A DNA stretch of 63,896 nucleotides, filler included, from Octopus bimaculoides (Eukaryota): the NCBI RefSeq assembly GCF_001194135.2. It is 5 parts of 3 records of this genome, joined end to end, with 100 filler letters (N's around TTAATTAATTAA, not from the genome) between each part and the next. Parts side by side here need not be neighbours in the genome. Positions count along the whole stretch, not along the records: positions 1 to 26,231 come from NC_069001.1; positions 26,332 to 39,479 come from NC_068993.1; 3 more parts are not named here. One strand, given 5' to 3'. Below the pieces are notes generated by a model. It had not been told where the DNA came from. It made no database searches and saw only the letters and a list, made by a program, of their open reading frames with translations. Positions 25,222 to 36,039 of this stretch are shown in pieces; position 1 is the first letter of the stretch; every line of letters starts with the position of its first letter. The translations under genes were made by a program, and so were the position numbers.

Positions 25222-25797
25222 CACATGGAGAGCAGATGAACTAAATAGCTTAGACAGAAAGACAAGGAAGTTGCTGACTAGATATGGGACACTCCACCCA
25301 AAACGTGACACAGACAGACTGTATGTACCAAGATAAAGAGGAGGAAGAGGACTGATCGGATGTGAACTCAGCATTAGAGCAGAAGAAAACAACATAGCAT
25401 GGTATGTAAAAAATGCCACAGAACCACTATTATTGGAAGTAAGAAGGTCCGGCTTGTGTAGGATGGAAGATTGCAAAAATAAAGCACTGTAGAAGCACTT
25501 GAGAATGAATGAAACTGAAAATAGGTGGATAAAGAAAAGAATGCATGGACGATTTCATAGGGATGCTGAAGATAAGACAGAGAAAAAAGATGGCTATGGA
25601 TGACTAAAAGTGATTTAAAACCGGAGCAAACATTAAGAACCAATTACATCAAATACAGAATAGACAACACATCAGAAAGTGATAAGTGCAGAATTTGTGG
25701 ACAAAGTGGTGAAACCGTATGGCATATTACCAGTCAATGTACGCCACTAGCCCAGAAAGAATATAAGAGACGTCATGACAATATAGCAAGGATTGTC
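25221..25797 (+). mobile_element. R4/Dong-clade non-LTR retrotransposon fragment (post-RT region and CCHC finger)
   Basis: LDRKTRKLLTRYGTLHPKRDTDRLYVPR*RGGRGL, and CRICGQSGETVWHITSQCTPLAQKEYKRRHDNIARIVH. Confidence 0.85.
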
Positions 25798-25849
25798 CAT
25801 TCGACCCCTGATCTTTTCGTTAACTTTCCATAAAGGCATTCCTTTGTCA

Positions 25850-25910
25850 TATGTTGCAGCCATTCGTAGCATCCTTGTGTAGCAGCCATTTAGTCCGTCA
25901 GTGTCCATGT
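25850..25910 (-). mobile_element. Short LINE RT-thumb remnant
   Basis: LNGCYTRMLRMA resembles the LDGxYTRMLR motif of non-LTR reverse transcriptases. Confidence 0.45.
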
Positions 25911-26231
25911 TTCTGTTGCCATCTTTTATTTTGAGCTCAGATCGAGGGTTTGGACAAAGTCCCATTTCCTGTGGGACAGAGAAAAGGAGCTGAAGTTTCA
26001 GAAATGACAGATTGACTGAGGGATGCGGGTGGGGGATTACCCTTCGTACATCCACTCTCCCTCTCTCTCTCTCCGACAAAGAGACATTTCTAAAACGTCT
26101 GATTCCTCTTCTGAGGATTCTTCTCAGAAACCTCTCAGTATATTTTTTACAGGCACAGACCACCATCACAATCATCTCCATAGCAACCGTTACCAAAACC
26201 AAGACGACCCCGCCCCCTCCACCGCCGCCGC

Positions 26232-26331
26232 NNNNNNNNNNNNNNNNNNNNNNNNNNNNNNNNNNNNNNNNNNNNTTAATTAATTAANNNNNNNNNNNNN
26301 NNNNNNNNNNNNNNNNNNNNNNNNNNNNNNN
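26232..26331. other. Assembly linker (44 N + TTAATTAATTAA + 44 N)
   Basis: Identical 100-bp construct occurs four times in the window. Confidence 0.97.
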
Positions 26332-27883
26332 TATTTATTTAATTTCTAATGAACATAAATGGGATATACCAATACTATATTTGCATACACATGCATAAAC
26401 TAAGAATATGCAAAAGAAACTAATAAATTATAGTAACTAATGAATTTATATACAATTATAAATATTTAGGTGTGAAAAAAAGTATTCGTACAGAATAAAT
26501 CTATGCCACAAGACACTGTTAAAAATTTTTTTTTTAATAGAACTTTCTTGTTTGTTCCAATAATCTTATCAGTGGTCATTTTTAAGTGTCAAAACGCTAG
26601 CTTATTAATTCAGCACTGAGACAACATAAAGTAGTGTCGTAATAATGGCGAAAAGTAAAGAACTCACAAATTCAGTGAAAAACTTAATTATTGAACAGTG
26701 GAAAGCAGGTAAAAGTTTACAGGAAAATATCAGAGACCCTTTGTATTCCATTTTCTACCATATCTTCATTTATTCAAAGATATAAAAAATCGGGAACTGT
26801 TGAAAACAAAATAAGATCCGGTGCACCACGCAAAATTTCCCCTAGTGAAGTATCGAAAAAAACGCAATGATCACCAGAAAGGAGTTGCAAGAAGATTTAT
26901 TAGCTTCAGGGACTAGTGTTATACTATGAACAATCAGCAATGAACTTCATAGGAATGAACTGAAGTCATGCTCTCCTAGAAAAACTCCACTGTTGATTAA
27001 AAGGCATAGAGATGCCCGTTTAAAATTTATTTATGAACATAAAGATAAATCGGATACATTCTGGGAAAATGTTCTTTGGACAGACGAGTCGAAAATTGAA
27101 TTGTCTGGACGAAATTCGCGTAGCCATGTTTGGAGGAAAGACGGTACCACCTATTTGCCAAAAAACACAATTCCTACTGTAAAGTTTGGAGGTGGCAACA
27201 TCATTGTGTAGGGGTGTTTCTCTGCAAATGGTACTGGCAATTTACATGTGATAGATGGTAGAATGAATGCAGAGATGTACCAAAATATTTTGAACAATAA
27301 TTTACGCGACTCTGTAGAAAAGTTCCAGCTTTATGAAGGATGGGTTTAACAACAGGATAACGACCCCAAGCACACGGCGAAGTCTACCAAAAATGGGTTG
27401 TCAATCACAATATAAAATTATTGGAATGGCCAAGCCAGTCACCTGACTTGAACACCATTGAAAATTTGTGGCGTTATTTGAAAATTAAAACTCATTCAAG
27501 AGCCCCAATTCCAGAGCCCCAATTCCAGATTTGAAGAAAATTTGTCAAGAAGAATGGGAAAAAATTCCTAAAGAAACATGCGAATCATTGATCAAGAACT
27601 AGAAGAAGGGAATGGTTGAAGTGGAACTGAATAATGGTTATGCTACGAAGTATTAAATCAGAATTATCAGTTATTTATGTTCTGTACGAATACTTTTTTC
27701 ACCCCTAGATATTTATATTTGTATATAAATTCATTAGTTACTATAATTTATTAGTTTCTTTTGCATATTCTTAGTTTATGTATGTGTATGCAAATATAGT
27801 ATTGGTATATCCCGTTTATGTTCATTAGAAATTAAATAAATAAAGAATTTTGACATGTACGAATATTTATTTCCCCCGCTGTG
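26332..27883 (+). mobile_element. Tc1 element with long IR/DR-type TIRs (left end cut by the linker)
   Basis: 26332-26505 is the inverted copy of about 27670-27842. The right end is ...CCCCCGCTG(TG)+TA. The right TIR holds two TGTACGAATA direct repeats. Confidence 0.93.
26645..27656 (+). pseudogene. Tc1 DDE transposase pseudogene
   Basis: MAKSKELT...SGAPRK, VLWTDESKIEL, GGGNIIV*GCF, QQDNDPKH, WPSQSPDLNTIENLW, with several stops and frameshifts. Confidence 0.93.
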
Positions 27884-28189
27884 TATATATATATATGAGA
27901 AAAAATAAGTTCAAAAAGAACAATTCAAACTTTCTGAAGGATCCAAAAAGAGAGAAAAAGTCATTTCCAATAAAAATTCATCATATTCATCAAAATCAGC
28001 CAGAGCAAGTATTAAGAATATGTAAATAAGAATTGAAAAAGTTTGTTATAAGTATAAAGATACCACAAACAAGTATAAAAATGGAGAAAATATGTTAAAA
28101 TCAAAATTGGACTTAATGCAAAATTGGATTAAATACATACATACGTTTCAAAAGACAATACAAATACGCGCGCGCGTGTCGTTGTGTCT

Positions 28190-28375
28190 GTTTGTCCTCC
28201 ACCACTACATGACAACTGGTATTGATATGCTTTTGTCTCTGTAACTTAGCAGTTTGGTAAAAGAGACTGACAGAAAAAGAGCCAGGCATAAACAAAAATC
28301 AAAATACTGGGTTCCATTCATTCAATTCCCCAGCATGGTCACAGTCTAATGACTGAACAAGTAAAAGATAAGATA
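28190..28375 (+). mobile_element. SINE family B 3' half, CpG-decayed
   Basis: Matches the 51357 copy, but CG sites appear as TG/CA. Confidence 0.75.
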
Positions 28376-28624
28376 AAGACTCTATTAGCCACATAAACTA
28401 TGATGAATTAGTATTCTATAATCACATAAATTATATTGAATGGGTACTGAAGCAAGAATTGTATGAATACATAAGATATATTAACTAAATACTGAAGCAA
28501 ATAATCTATGACAATATACCTTATGCTAACTGAGCACTGTTGATAAAGATGTTATGTATATTGAGTATTAAAAATAAGATTCTATGTTTAAATGTGTTGA
28601 CTGAGTATGAATTAAGTATTTTAT

Positions 28625-28957
28625 GTACATTATTTACATTATTTACATTTGACGGATATTTGTCCTCATCTTGTTTGTTGTTAACACAACGTTTCGGCTG
28701 ATATACTCTCCAGCCTTCATCAGGTGTCTAAATGAAATTTTGAACCTGGGTTCTCATTCCTAAGGTATTTTTCGATGTTGTTGTTGTTGTTGTCATTATT
28801 ATTATTATTATTATTGTTAATATTCAGGTCACTGCCTTCAATCGAACTCGGAATCTTGGGGTTAGTAGCCCGTGCTCTTAACTACTATGCCATATGTCCA
28901 TGGACATATAGCGTCAAATATAAATAATGCAAATAATGTACATAATTCCTCATCTCT
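28625..28957 (-). mobile_element. Hammerhead-tail element copy 3 with an inverted head/tail remnant
   Basis: Same organisation as copy 1 on the minus strand, followed by the palindrome CATATGTCCATGGACATAT and the extreme tail end on the plus strand. Confidence 0.85.
28683..28728 (-). ncRNA. Minimal type I hammerhead ribozyme motif (intact core)
   Basis: GACAC-CTGATGA-A-GGCTG-GAGAGTATAT-CAGCC-GAAAC-GTT-GTGTT. Confidence 0.78.
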
Positions 28958-29189
28958 TAAATATAGAACTGAAGTATTTTATGAATACACAAGTTGACAG
29001 AATACTGAAGTATGTATTCTATAATAATATGTCATGTTGACTGAGCATTTAAATAAGAGCATTTAAACAAGTCAGGTTGACTGAGTATTGCAATATTGAA
29101 TTGAAGTGAAGCTTACAATTGAAGCCTTACAGCTTTAGTAACTAGGATCATGGCACATTTTGATCAGGCCACATGTCCTGAATACCGAC

Positions 29190-31946
29190 TAGCGCTCGAA
29201 ACCGGTTTTATATTATGATCAGTAAAACCGAAACGGATTTGCCAAAACCGATTTTAATGCTTGCTCTTTCTTTCTTCTTTTTTTCTCGCAAAACATTTCT
29301 CCATTTTTTCTTTTGAAGAAATAACGTTGAAACTAAACTGAACTGTTGTCGGTCGCCTCTAGTTAAGAGTGCTGTCTGATTCATTGAAACATATTGCAAC
29401 ATATCAATTTCCTTCGCTAACCCCTGGCTGGCTCTTTGAATTTGGAGGTAACAGAGTTTATTGATAGCAAGTCAAGGGGATGCCGTTAGTCTTCAGTCAA
29501 GTGATCTTTCTCGTTGAGCATATGTAATAATCAGTTCCAGATTCATTTCAAGGAAGTAACACTAGCTAAATTATTTCTTAATTATTTTCATTAGCCCTAG
29601 CATGATAAAAAGAAAATCAACTGTTTGGATTTTTTTTCGATAGGAAAAACAAAGACGAAGCTCAAGGCAATAAGTGTGATAAGATCATGAAGTCTTCTGG
29701 AGGATCTACTACGTCTCTGATCTTGCACTTGAAGAAGATTCATCAAATCGACATAAATCAAGATGCAAACCAGCCTCCTGTGAAAATGGCAAGAACAATG
29801 GAACACATTTTAACAAAAAAATCAATGGAAGAAGAAGTTTCAAAGTTAGCTGCTATGGATGGATTCTCTTTCAATTCAATCGCCAAAAGCGATTTTATAC
29901 AGAGAAATTTTCATAGTCAGAGAGGTTAATATGATAAATTACAACCAACATCTGCAAATGGAGTCAGGAATATGGTAATGAATTATTACATAACCAAGAA
30001 AGAAGAACTTATTCATTATTTCGNNNNNNNNNNNNNNNNNNNNNNNNNNNNNNNNNNNNNNNNNNNNNNNNNNNNNNNNNNNNNNNNNNNNNNNNNNNNN
30101 NNNNNNNNNNNNNNNNNNNNNNNNNNNNNNNNNNNNNNNNNNNNNNNNNNNNNNNNNNNNNNNNNNNNNNNNNNNNNNNNNNNNNNNNNNNNNNNNNNNN
30201 NNNNNNNNNNNNNNNNNNNNNNNNNNNNNNNNNNNNNNNNNNNNNNNNNNNNNNNNNNNNNNNNNNNNNNNNNNNNNNNNNNNNNNNNNNNNNNNNNNNN
30301 NNNNNNNNNNNNNNNNNNNNNNNNNNNNNNNNNNNNNNNNNNNNNNNNNNNNNNNNNNNNNNNNNNATATACACATTGTTGGCTGTACGACGGATGATGC
30401 TTCTATGATGGTGAAATTCGGAAAAGAAATAAGACCTGATCACCAACAATGTCTCACACATTGCATACATCTGTATGTGGTCGACATTCTCTATCAAAAA
30501 AATATTGAAAATATTGCCTCAACCGATGAGACTGATAAAAAAAAGTGAAGAGATCGTTATAACAGACGATAGTGATGATGAAGCTGACATAAGCCAACAG
30601 GACATACTTTTTCAAACAGATTTGGCTCACGAATATGCTTGTTTTCTCCAGCTAAAACCTGAATTTAACAATGTTTTGAATAAGGTAAGAAAAATTTCAA
30701 AACTTTTCCATAAATCTCCTACAAAAAATGAAATTCTGCAAGATTTTGTATGAGCGAACTTTGATAATAGAAAATATAAACTTATACTGGATTGCAGAAC
30801 TAGGTGGAATAGCACATTCCATATGATTGAGAGATTTTTGAAATTGAAAAGCTGCATTCCAAATGCTTTACGAGCAGTACTTTCCACAGATGCCGTGGCT
30901 GACGAAGAATGGAAATCTCTCGATTTACTATATGAAATTCTGCATCCAGTAGGAATTATTTTGAAGGCTATTTGCGCTGATGATACGGATTTACTGAAAG
31001 CGGAATATTCTATAGAATTTTTATTGAATAAACTTAATATCGTCGGCAACCCTTTGGCTCTAAATCTTCGTGAAAGATTTATGCATAGATATAATAAGAG
31101 AAGAAATATTGAAACCTTGACTCTCTTGAGGTATTTACATAACCCAAGGAAGTTTAAAGGTGAATCAATTTCTGGACCTTTACTTTTTTTAACGAAGCAA
31201 CATTTAAGGAAGTATGCTGAACAAACATATAGGAGATTATTTCCTGAACATGACGCTGAGAACACAACGGAATTATACTAAGAAAATGAAATAGGAGGGA
31301 ACCTAAAAACAAGTGTTATTGTTGTCTCATCTACTTACGAAGGTAATGAACTCATGCGTGAATACACAAGCGCAATGAAGAAAATGAATGAAGAGCCCAA
31401 GATAGTAACAGATGGATTTGAAATCTCTAAAGAATTCGAATATTTTGAAGCAACTTCGAACAGAAGTGAAAAGTTCGAGAAACTTTATAGAGCATTGCTT
31501 ACATCTAAAGCAACTAGTGTCCGGTCGGAAAGAGCTTTTTCAATTTACTGGACTTTTCAACACAAAAATTCGGACAAGTTGAATGCATTGTGTTTTTTAA
31601 AAGATTATTTTCGAAGGAAAGTGAATCATCAAGCAAGTCAAGAAACTTGATTGATTCTCAAAAATACGACTTGGAAAAACGTTGCATTCCTGATTAAATA
31701 AATATAATACCATTATTTTTTGTTATTGTTCGTACACAGATACAGATACAGGCATCATCAACATATTTGTGGATATCAGTCAACCTGTTACTTTCTCTCT
31801 TTCTCTGTTTATGTATATAAGCAAAATTCAATATACGACAAACTTCTTCATTACAGGGACACCATTCTAAATCCGGGAAAACCGGTTTTGAGAATTACTT
31901 ATACTTGAACTCGGTTTTGGAATTTATAGGATTTTTGCGAGCCCTA
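29190..31946 (+). mobile_element. Full-length-looking hAT transposon
   Basis: TIRs TAGCGCTCG / CGAGCCCTA. The 8-bp flanks ATACCGAC and CTACCAAC match at 6/8. Several AAACCG/CGGTTT subterminal repeats lie at both ends. Confidence 0.88.
29602..31650 (+). pseudogene. hAT transposase pseudogene with BED zinc finger
   Basis: STVWIFF...NKCDK...GGSTTSLILHLKKIH (BED), GCTTDDASMM, CLTHCIHL (CxxH), CRTRWNSTFHMIERF, ATSVRSERAFS. Contains stops, frameshifts and an N gap. Confidence 0.92.
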
Positions 31947-32644
31947 CTACCAACCAATCAGCTTGCAGAAGTATCACCCCATGTTTTAGAATGTTCTATC
32001 ATGTTCTAGATGTTTCCGTGTAAAAGGGGGATAATATAAGCAATAACACAGTCAAGAAAGGTGCAAACATTTAAGAAAGTTCCAGGTAAGATAGACAAAC
32101 ACAGGATTCTTGATATCTATTCCATCTATGTTTAAAAGAGCCTCTTCACCTAGAACTCACTTCTAATATATACTATAAATACAATATCCTCATCTCTTGC
32201 CACACAAATAAGTAGCCAGCCAGTACTTAGTCAAAATAAACCAGAAGTGCACATAGGTTATACAGACCACTAGTCCTTCAGAGGCAAGTCTCTTGTACTT
32301 ATTCAACCCTGAGTAAAAGGAATCATTGGTTGTGAAGAATAGAGTATTTCTCCCGCTTCTCACGCAAAGCATTTATTTTCTGTTATTAATGTAATTACTT
32401 TCTACTTCTGGCACAATACACTACTGAGAAGCATCTGTATAATAATGTAAATGATATATTTCTGTAAAAATTTTATCAACTGTTTTACATACATACTTTG
32501 CAGAAGAGATTTTGAAGAACAGTTTCATATTTTACATTCCATTTTGTTTTTGTTAAAACAAATTTTGCTCTAGCCTACAAATGTCATTCATTCACACGCA
32601 CTGTGATAGCTTTGCAAGAGACACATCTAAGTTAATACATTTTT

Positions 32645-32810
32645 TTTCCTGTAGATCTCACTTGGAGATACATTCATATGATGCATTCGATCCCTGCAAA
32701 TGCACTCATTTCCATAGACCTCACTTGCAGAAAAATTCATATGCTGCATTTAGTACCTGCAAATACACTCATTTCCTGCACACCTCACTTGCAATCTCAT
32801 ACATGCATAT
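32645..32810 (+). repeat. ~63-bp tandem repeat, about 2.3 units
   Basis: CTCACTTG at 32657, 32720 and 32784 with similar intervening sequence. Confidence 0.8.
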
Positions 32811-32850
32811 TAACATGGTGAAATTGTGTCCCACGCTTCTGGGTGATATA

Positions 32851-33946
32851 CAAGGTGCATTCCATAAGGTTTGAAACTATTTCAGGAGAGACATTTATTA
32901 ATTTCAAAGAAGTGCAAAACTCTAGTCTACTTCAAAGCAGGATCCTCTGACTGCATTTGTTGTAGCATTTCAGCAACTTTGTAAAGCCCTGTGGAAGTCC
33001 TTCAGGGCCCCTATCACAGCTTCTTTCATCTTCTCCTTCAGTATTGGGAACAACCAAAAGTCACAGGAAGCAAGGTCTAGAATACAGGGAGGATGAGGGA
33101 CAGTTTTGATGCCCATCTCTGTCAAGTAGTCGGTTACCAGGATGGGACTGTGGACTGATACATTGTCTTGGTGGAGATGCTCCAGCTTTTTGTGATGAAA
33201 TCTCTTCCTGAATTCTCTCAAAATCTCCACAAAGTACTTTTTGTTGACTGCCTGGCCAGAGGCAACCCAGTGGATGTACACGATACCCTTGTTGTCAAAA
33301 AGAACATCATCATGAACTTCCCAGTGAACTTGTTTTCCCTGGCATCTTGTATAGCTGAAAATAGATGCTCAGCTCATATAAGTTAATCAATAAGCATTTC
33401 ATAAGTTTCTGTAGCCTTGTTGCCTATTTAACATAAAACTTTATTGCATAGCCAGCTTCCAAACTGTCTTCACATTCCATTTACATTCTGCAGACAAGTT
33501 AGCTGTGATAAGCAGTGTTTATTAGAGTGTGTTCAAAGTGCTGTTACAGCCATCTCCTTCAATTGAGAATAAACAAAAGCTGGCAGGTCAGCTTATTAGA
33601 TCTATAGTATTGATATATTAAAATTACATTAATCTAGGACACTTTGTGAAGCCCCATGGAACTCCTACAAAGTGAAGGTCCCATGGAAGTCCTTCAGGGC
33701 CCCTATCACAACCTCTTTCATCTTCTCCTTCTGCATTGGGAACAACCAAAAGTCACAGGAAGCAAGGTCTGGAATGCAGGGAGGATGAAGGACAGTTTTG
33801 ATGCCCATCTCTGTCAAGTAGTCAGTTACCAGGATGAGACTGTGGACTGATACATTGTCTTGATGGAGGTGCTCTAGCTTTTTGTGATGAAATCTCTTCC
33901 TGAACTCTCATAAAAAAAAGTTTCAAAAATTTTGGAACACACCTTG
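32851..33946 (-). mobile_element. Rearranged mariner (irritans-like) with TIRs at both ends
   Basis: TA-CAAGGTGCATTCC ... GGAACACACCTTG-TA. HQDNVSVH and HPPCILDLASCDFWLFP motifs; N-terminal YAIKFY...ATETYEML at about 33.4 kb; the C-terminal segment is present twice. Confidence 0.85.
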
Positions 33947-33961
33947 TACACCATCTATGTA

Positions 33962-34396
33962 CAGAGTGTGTAAGATATTTGAGGACAGATTTATGTTTAT
34001 AAAAAAAAAAAAACAGATATATAATAGCAGATAATAACTTTATTTATCAAAAAATGCTATGAGGATAAAAATAAGCCTTCTTTTCTATAATGTTATCAAT
34101 AAAGCCACCTTCAGCTTCAACAACTGCTTCTAAATAAGATCTAAATCATCTATATGTTCAAGTGGTCCTGGTTCATTTTGGACATTATTCTGACTATGAC
34201 AGCTTTCAAAGAATTTTTGGTGTTATGGGCAGGTTCATTGACCTCTCTCTCAACAATGCTCCACATGTAATAGTTATTTCTTGAGTAAACTGAGGGTCTG
34301 CCATTATTATTTTCTGAAACAAAGATTATACAGAGCTTGCAAAAAATGTAGCAATGACCCAAAAAAGGTATGTCCTCAAATACCTTATGCACCCTG
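33962..34396 (-). mobile_element. DD37D (maT)-like deletion derivative
   Basis: TA-flanked TIRs CAG(A/G)GTG..TAAG.TATTTGAGGACA. The interior encodes YYMWSIVEREVNEPAHNTKNSLKAVIVRIM and EAVVEAEGGFIDN. Confidence 0.8.
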
Positions 34397-35064
34397 TATA
34401 TCACTGATCTCTTGCAATGGCTTTTTGTTTCATCTTGTTGCTTAGATGTTTGCAGTTTTCTAAATTTTGCTGCATTTTACTCATAGATGTAAATAATGTG
34501 CACACACATATCTAAATACATGTTTGCCATATTCTCTTAGCTCTCTCACACAAAAGGAATACTAACTATGATTTTCTGTGCTAATGTTTCTAGCCAGCTA
34601 CTTTTATCTATATGACCTTGCTATGGTTATGTTGAATATATAAATAAATTTAAATGGCTTAGCACATTCAGCATCTCACAGTTTTCTTCAACACAAACAA
34701 AATACAAACCCCACACCATTCTTTAAGTAAGGCATACATGGACTTTTACTCTCTCTCTTTTATCATACATTTCTCTTTTCAACACATTTTTGCACATGTT
34801 GAATCTAAATTAGAACAATATTTCTTACACTTTGGTTATTTACATTTTCACTTGTATTCTTTTTGAATTTTGCACATCAATTCCTTGCCATGTGGTTGTA
34901 TTGTTAATTAGTTTTTGCTGCAATTGTGTTAATTTTATTCACTTTTCCTCCCTATCTCACTGGAAAGAGACCAATGTAGTGAAACCTAGAATCGAAGTAT
35001 TACAGCTTTAGTGACTAAGATCAGACCACACTTAGATCAGGCCATCCCCTTCCTCCTCCTCTTC

Positions 35065-36030
35065 ATCGTCATTGTCCTTTAACATTCGTTTTCCATGCTG
35101 GCATGGGTTGGATAGTTTGACCTGAGCTGGCAAGCAGGACAGCTGCACCAGGTTCCTGTCTGACTTGATTTGGTTTCTATGGCTGCATGCCCTTTACAGT
35201 TTGTGCTGGCTGCTTTTAACGTGGCACTGGCATGAGTGCATTTACATGGTGCCAGCACAAGTGCTTTTTACAGGGCACTGGCACAGGACTCTTATAGGCC
35301 AATCCTCTTCACCAGGGGAGTAGCCTTAACACCTCTATTGTGGGGGACAGGTCTTCTTGAGTACAGCGAGGTGCCAGTTATCTCAGTCCTTTGTTATTTC
35401 TTCCATAAAGTTCAGTGTTCTAAGGTCATCCTTCAGTACTTCACCCCATGTTTCTTGGGTCTCCCTCCTCCTTGAGTTCCATCCACTTTGAGTGATCAGC
35501 ACTTCTTTAGGGAGCTGTCAACATCCATCTGCATTACATGACCAAACCTGTGCAGTCTTCTCTCTTGCACACTTCACCTAATTCCTCTTATGCCTAACCT
35601 TTTTCTCAACACACTAGCACTGTTGCACATGTGCACTTACATTGCACATCCAATGGAACATACTAGCCTCGTTCCTCTCTAACCTTAATATGTCTTCTGC
35701 ATTCAGGGTCCACATCTCATTACCATGTAGAATTGCTGTTCATACATCGTACAATCTGCCTTTCACTTAGAGAGGAAGAGAGAGAAATCTTTGGTTGCCA
35801 GCAGAAGTAAAAGCTCTCTGAATTTTCTCCATCCTATTCTTATTCTGGTGATTACACTTTCCATACATCCTCCTCCACTACTAATTAGGTCCCCTAGGTA
35901 GCAGAAATTATTCACTACCTCTAAAGAGCCTCCAGGGCATTTAAGAAAATCAATTTCCCGAGTATCTGTAGTTTTTATGGCTCCTGTGCATCTTCCACAT
36001 ATGAACACTACTTTCTCTGATAACTTAAGA
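35065..36030 (-). mobile_element. RTE LINE 3' portion
   Basis: CGRCTGAI...LEVVNNFCYLGDLISSGGGCMESVITRIRIGWRKFRELL, followed by the RTE-type 3' region. Confidence 0.88.
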
Positions 36031-36039
36031 ATTATTAGA

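Larger units (their letters stand above)
28380..29110 (+). repeat. Degenerate ~45-bp minisatellite, block 1
   Basis: Recurring TTATGTTGACTGAG(C/T)A.TGAAGTAAGTATTCTATGA; interrupted by the hammerhead element. Confidence 0.75.

Noticed and set aside
25747-26000. Exon after the strong acceptor ctccttttctctgtcccacag
   Set aside because: There is no good phase-1 donor, and the peptide contains a LINE RT-like motif.
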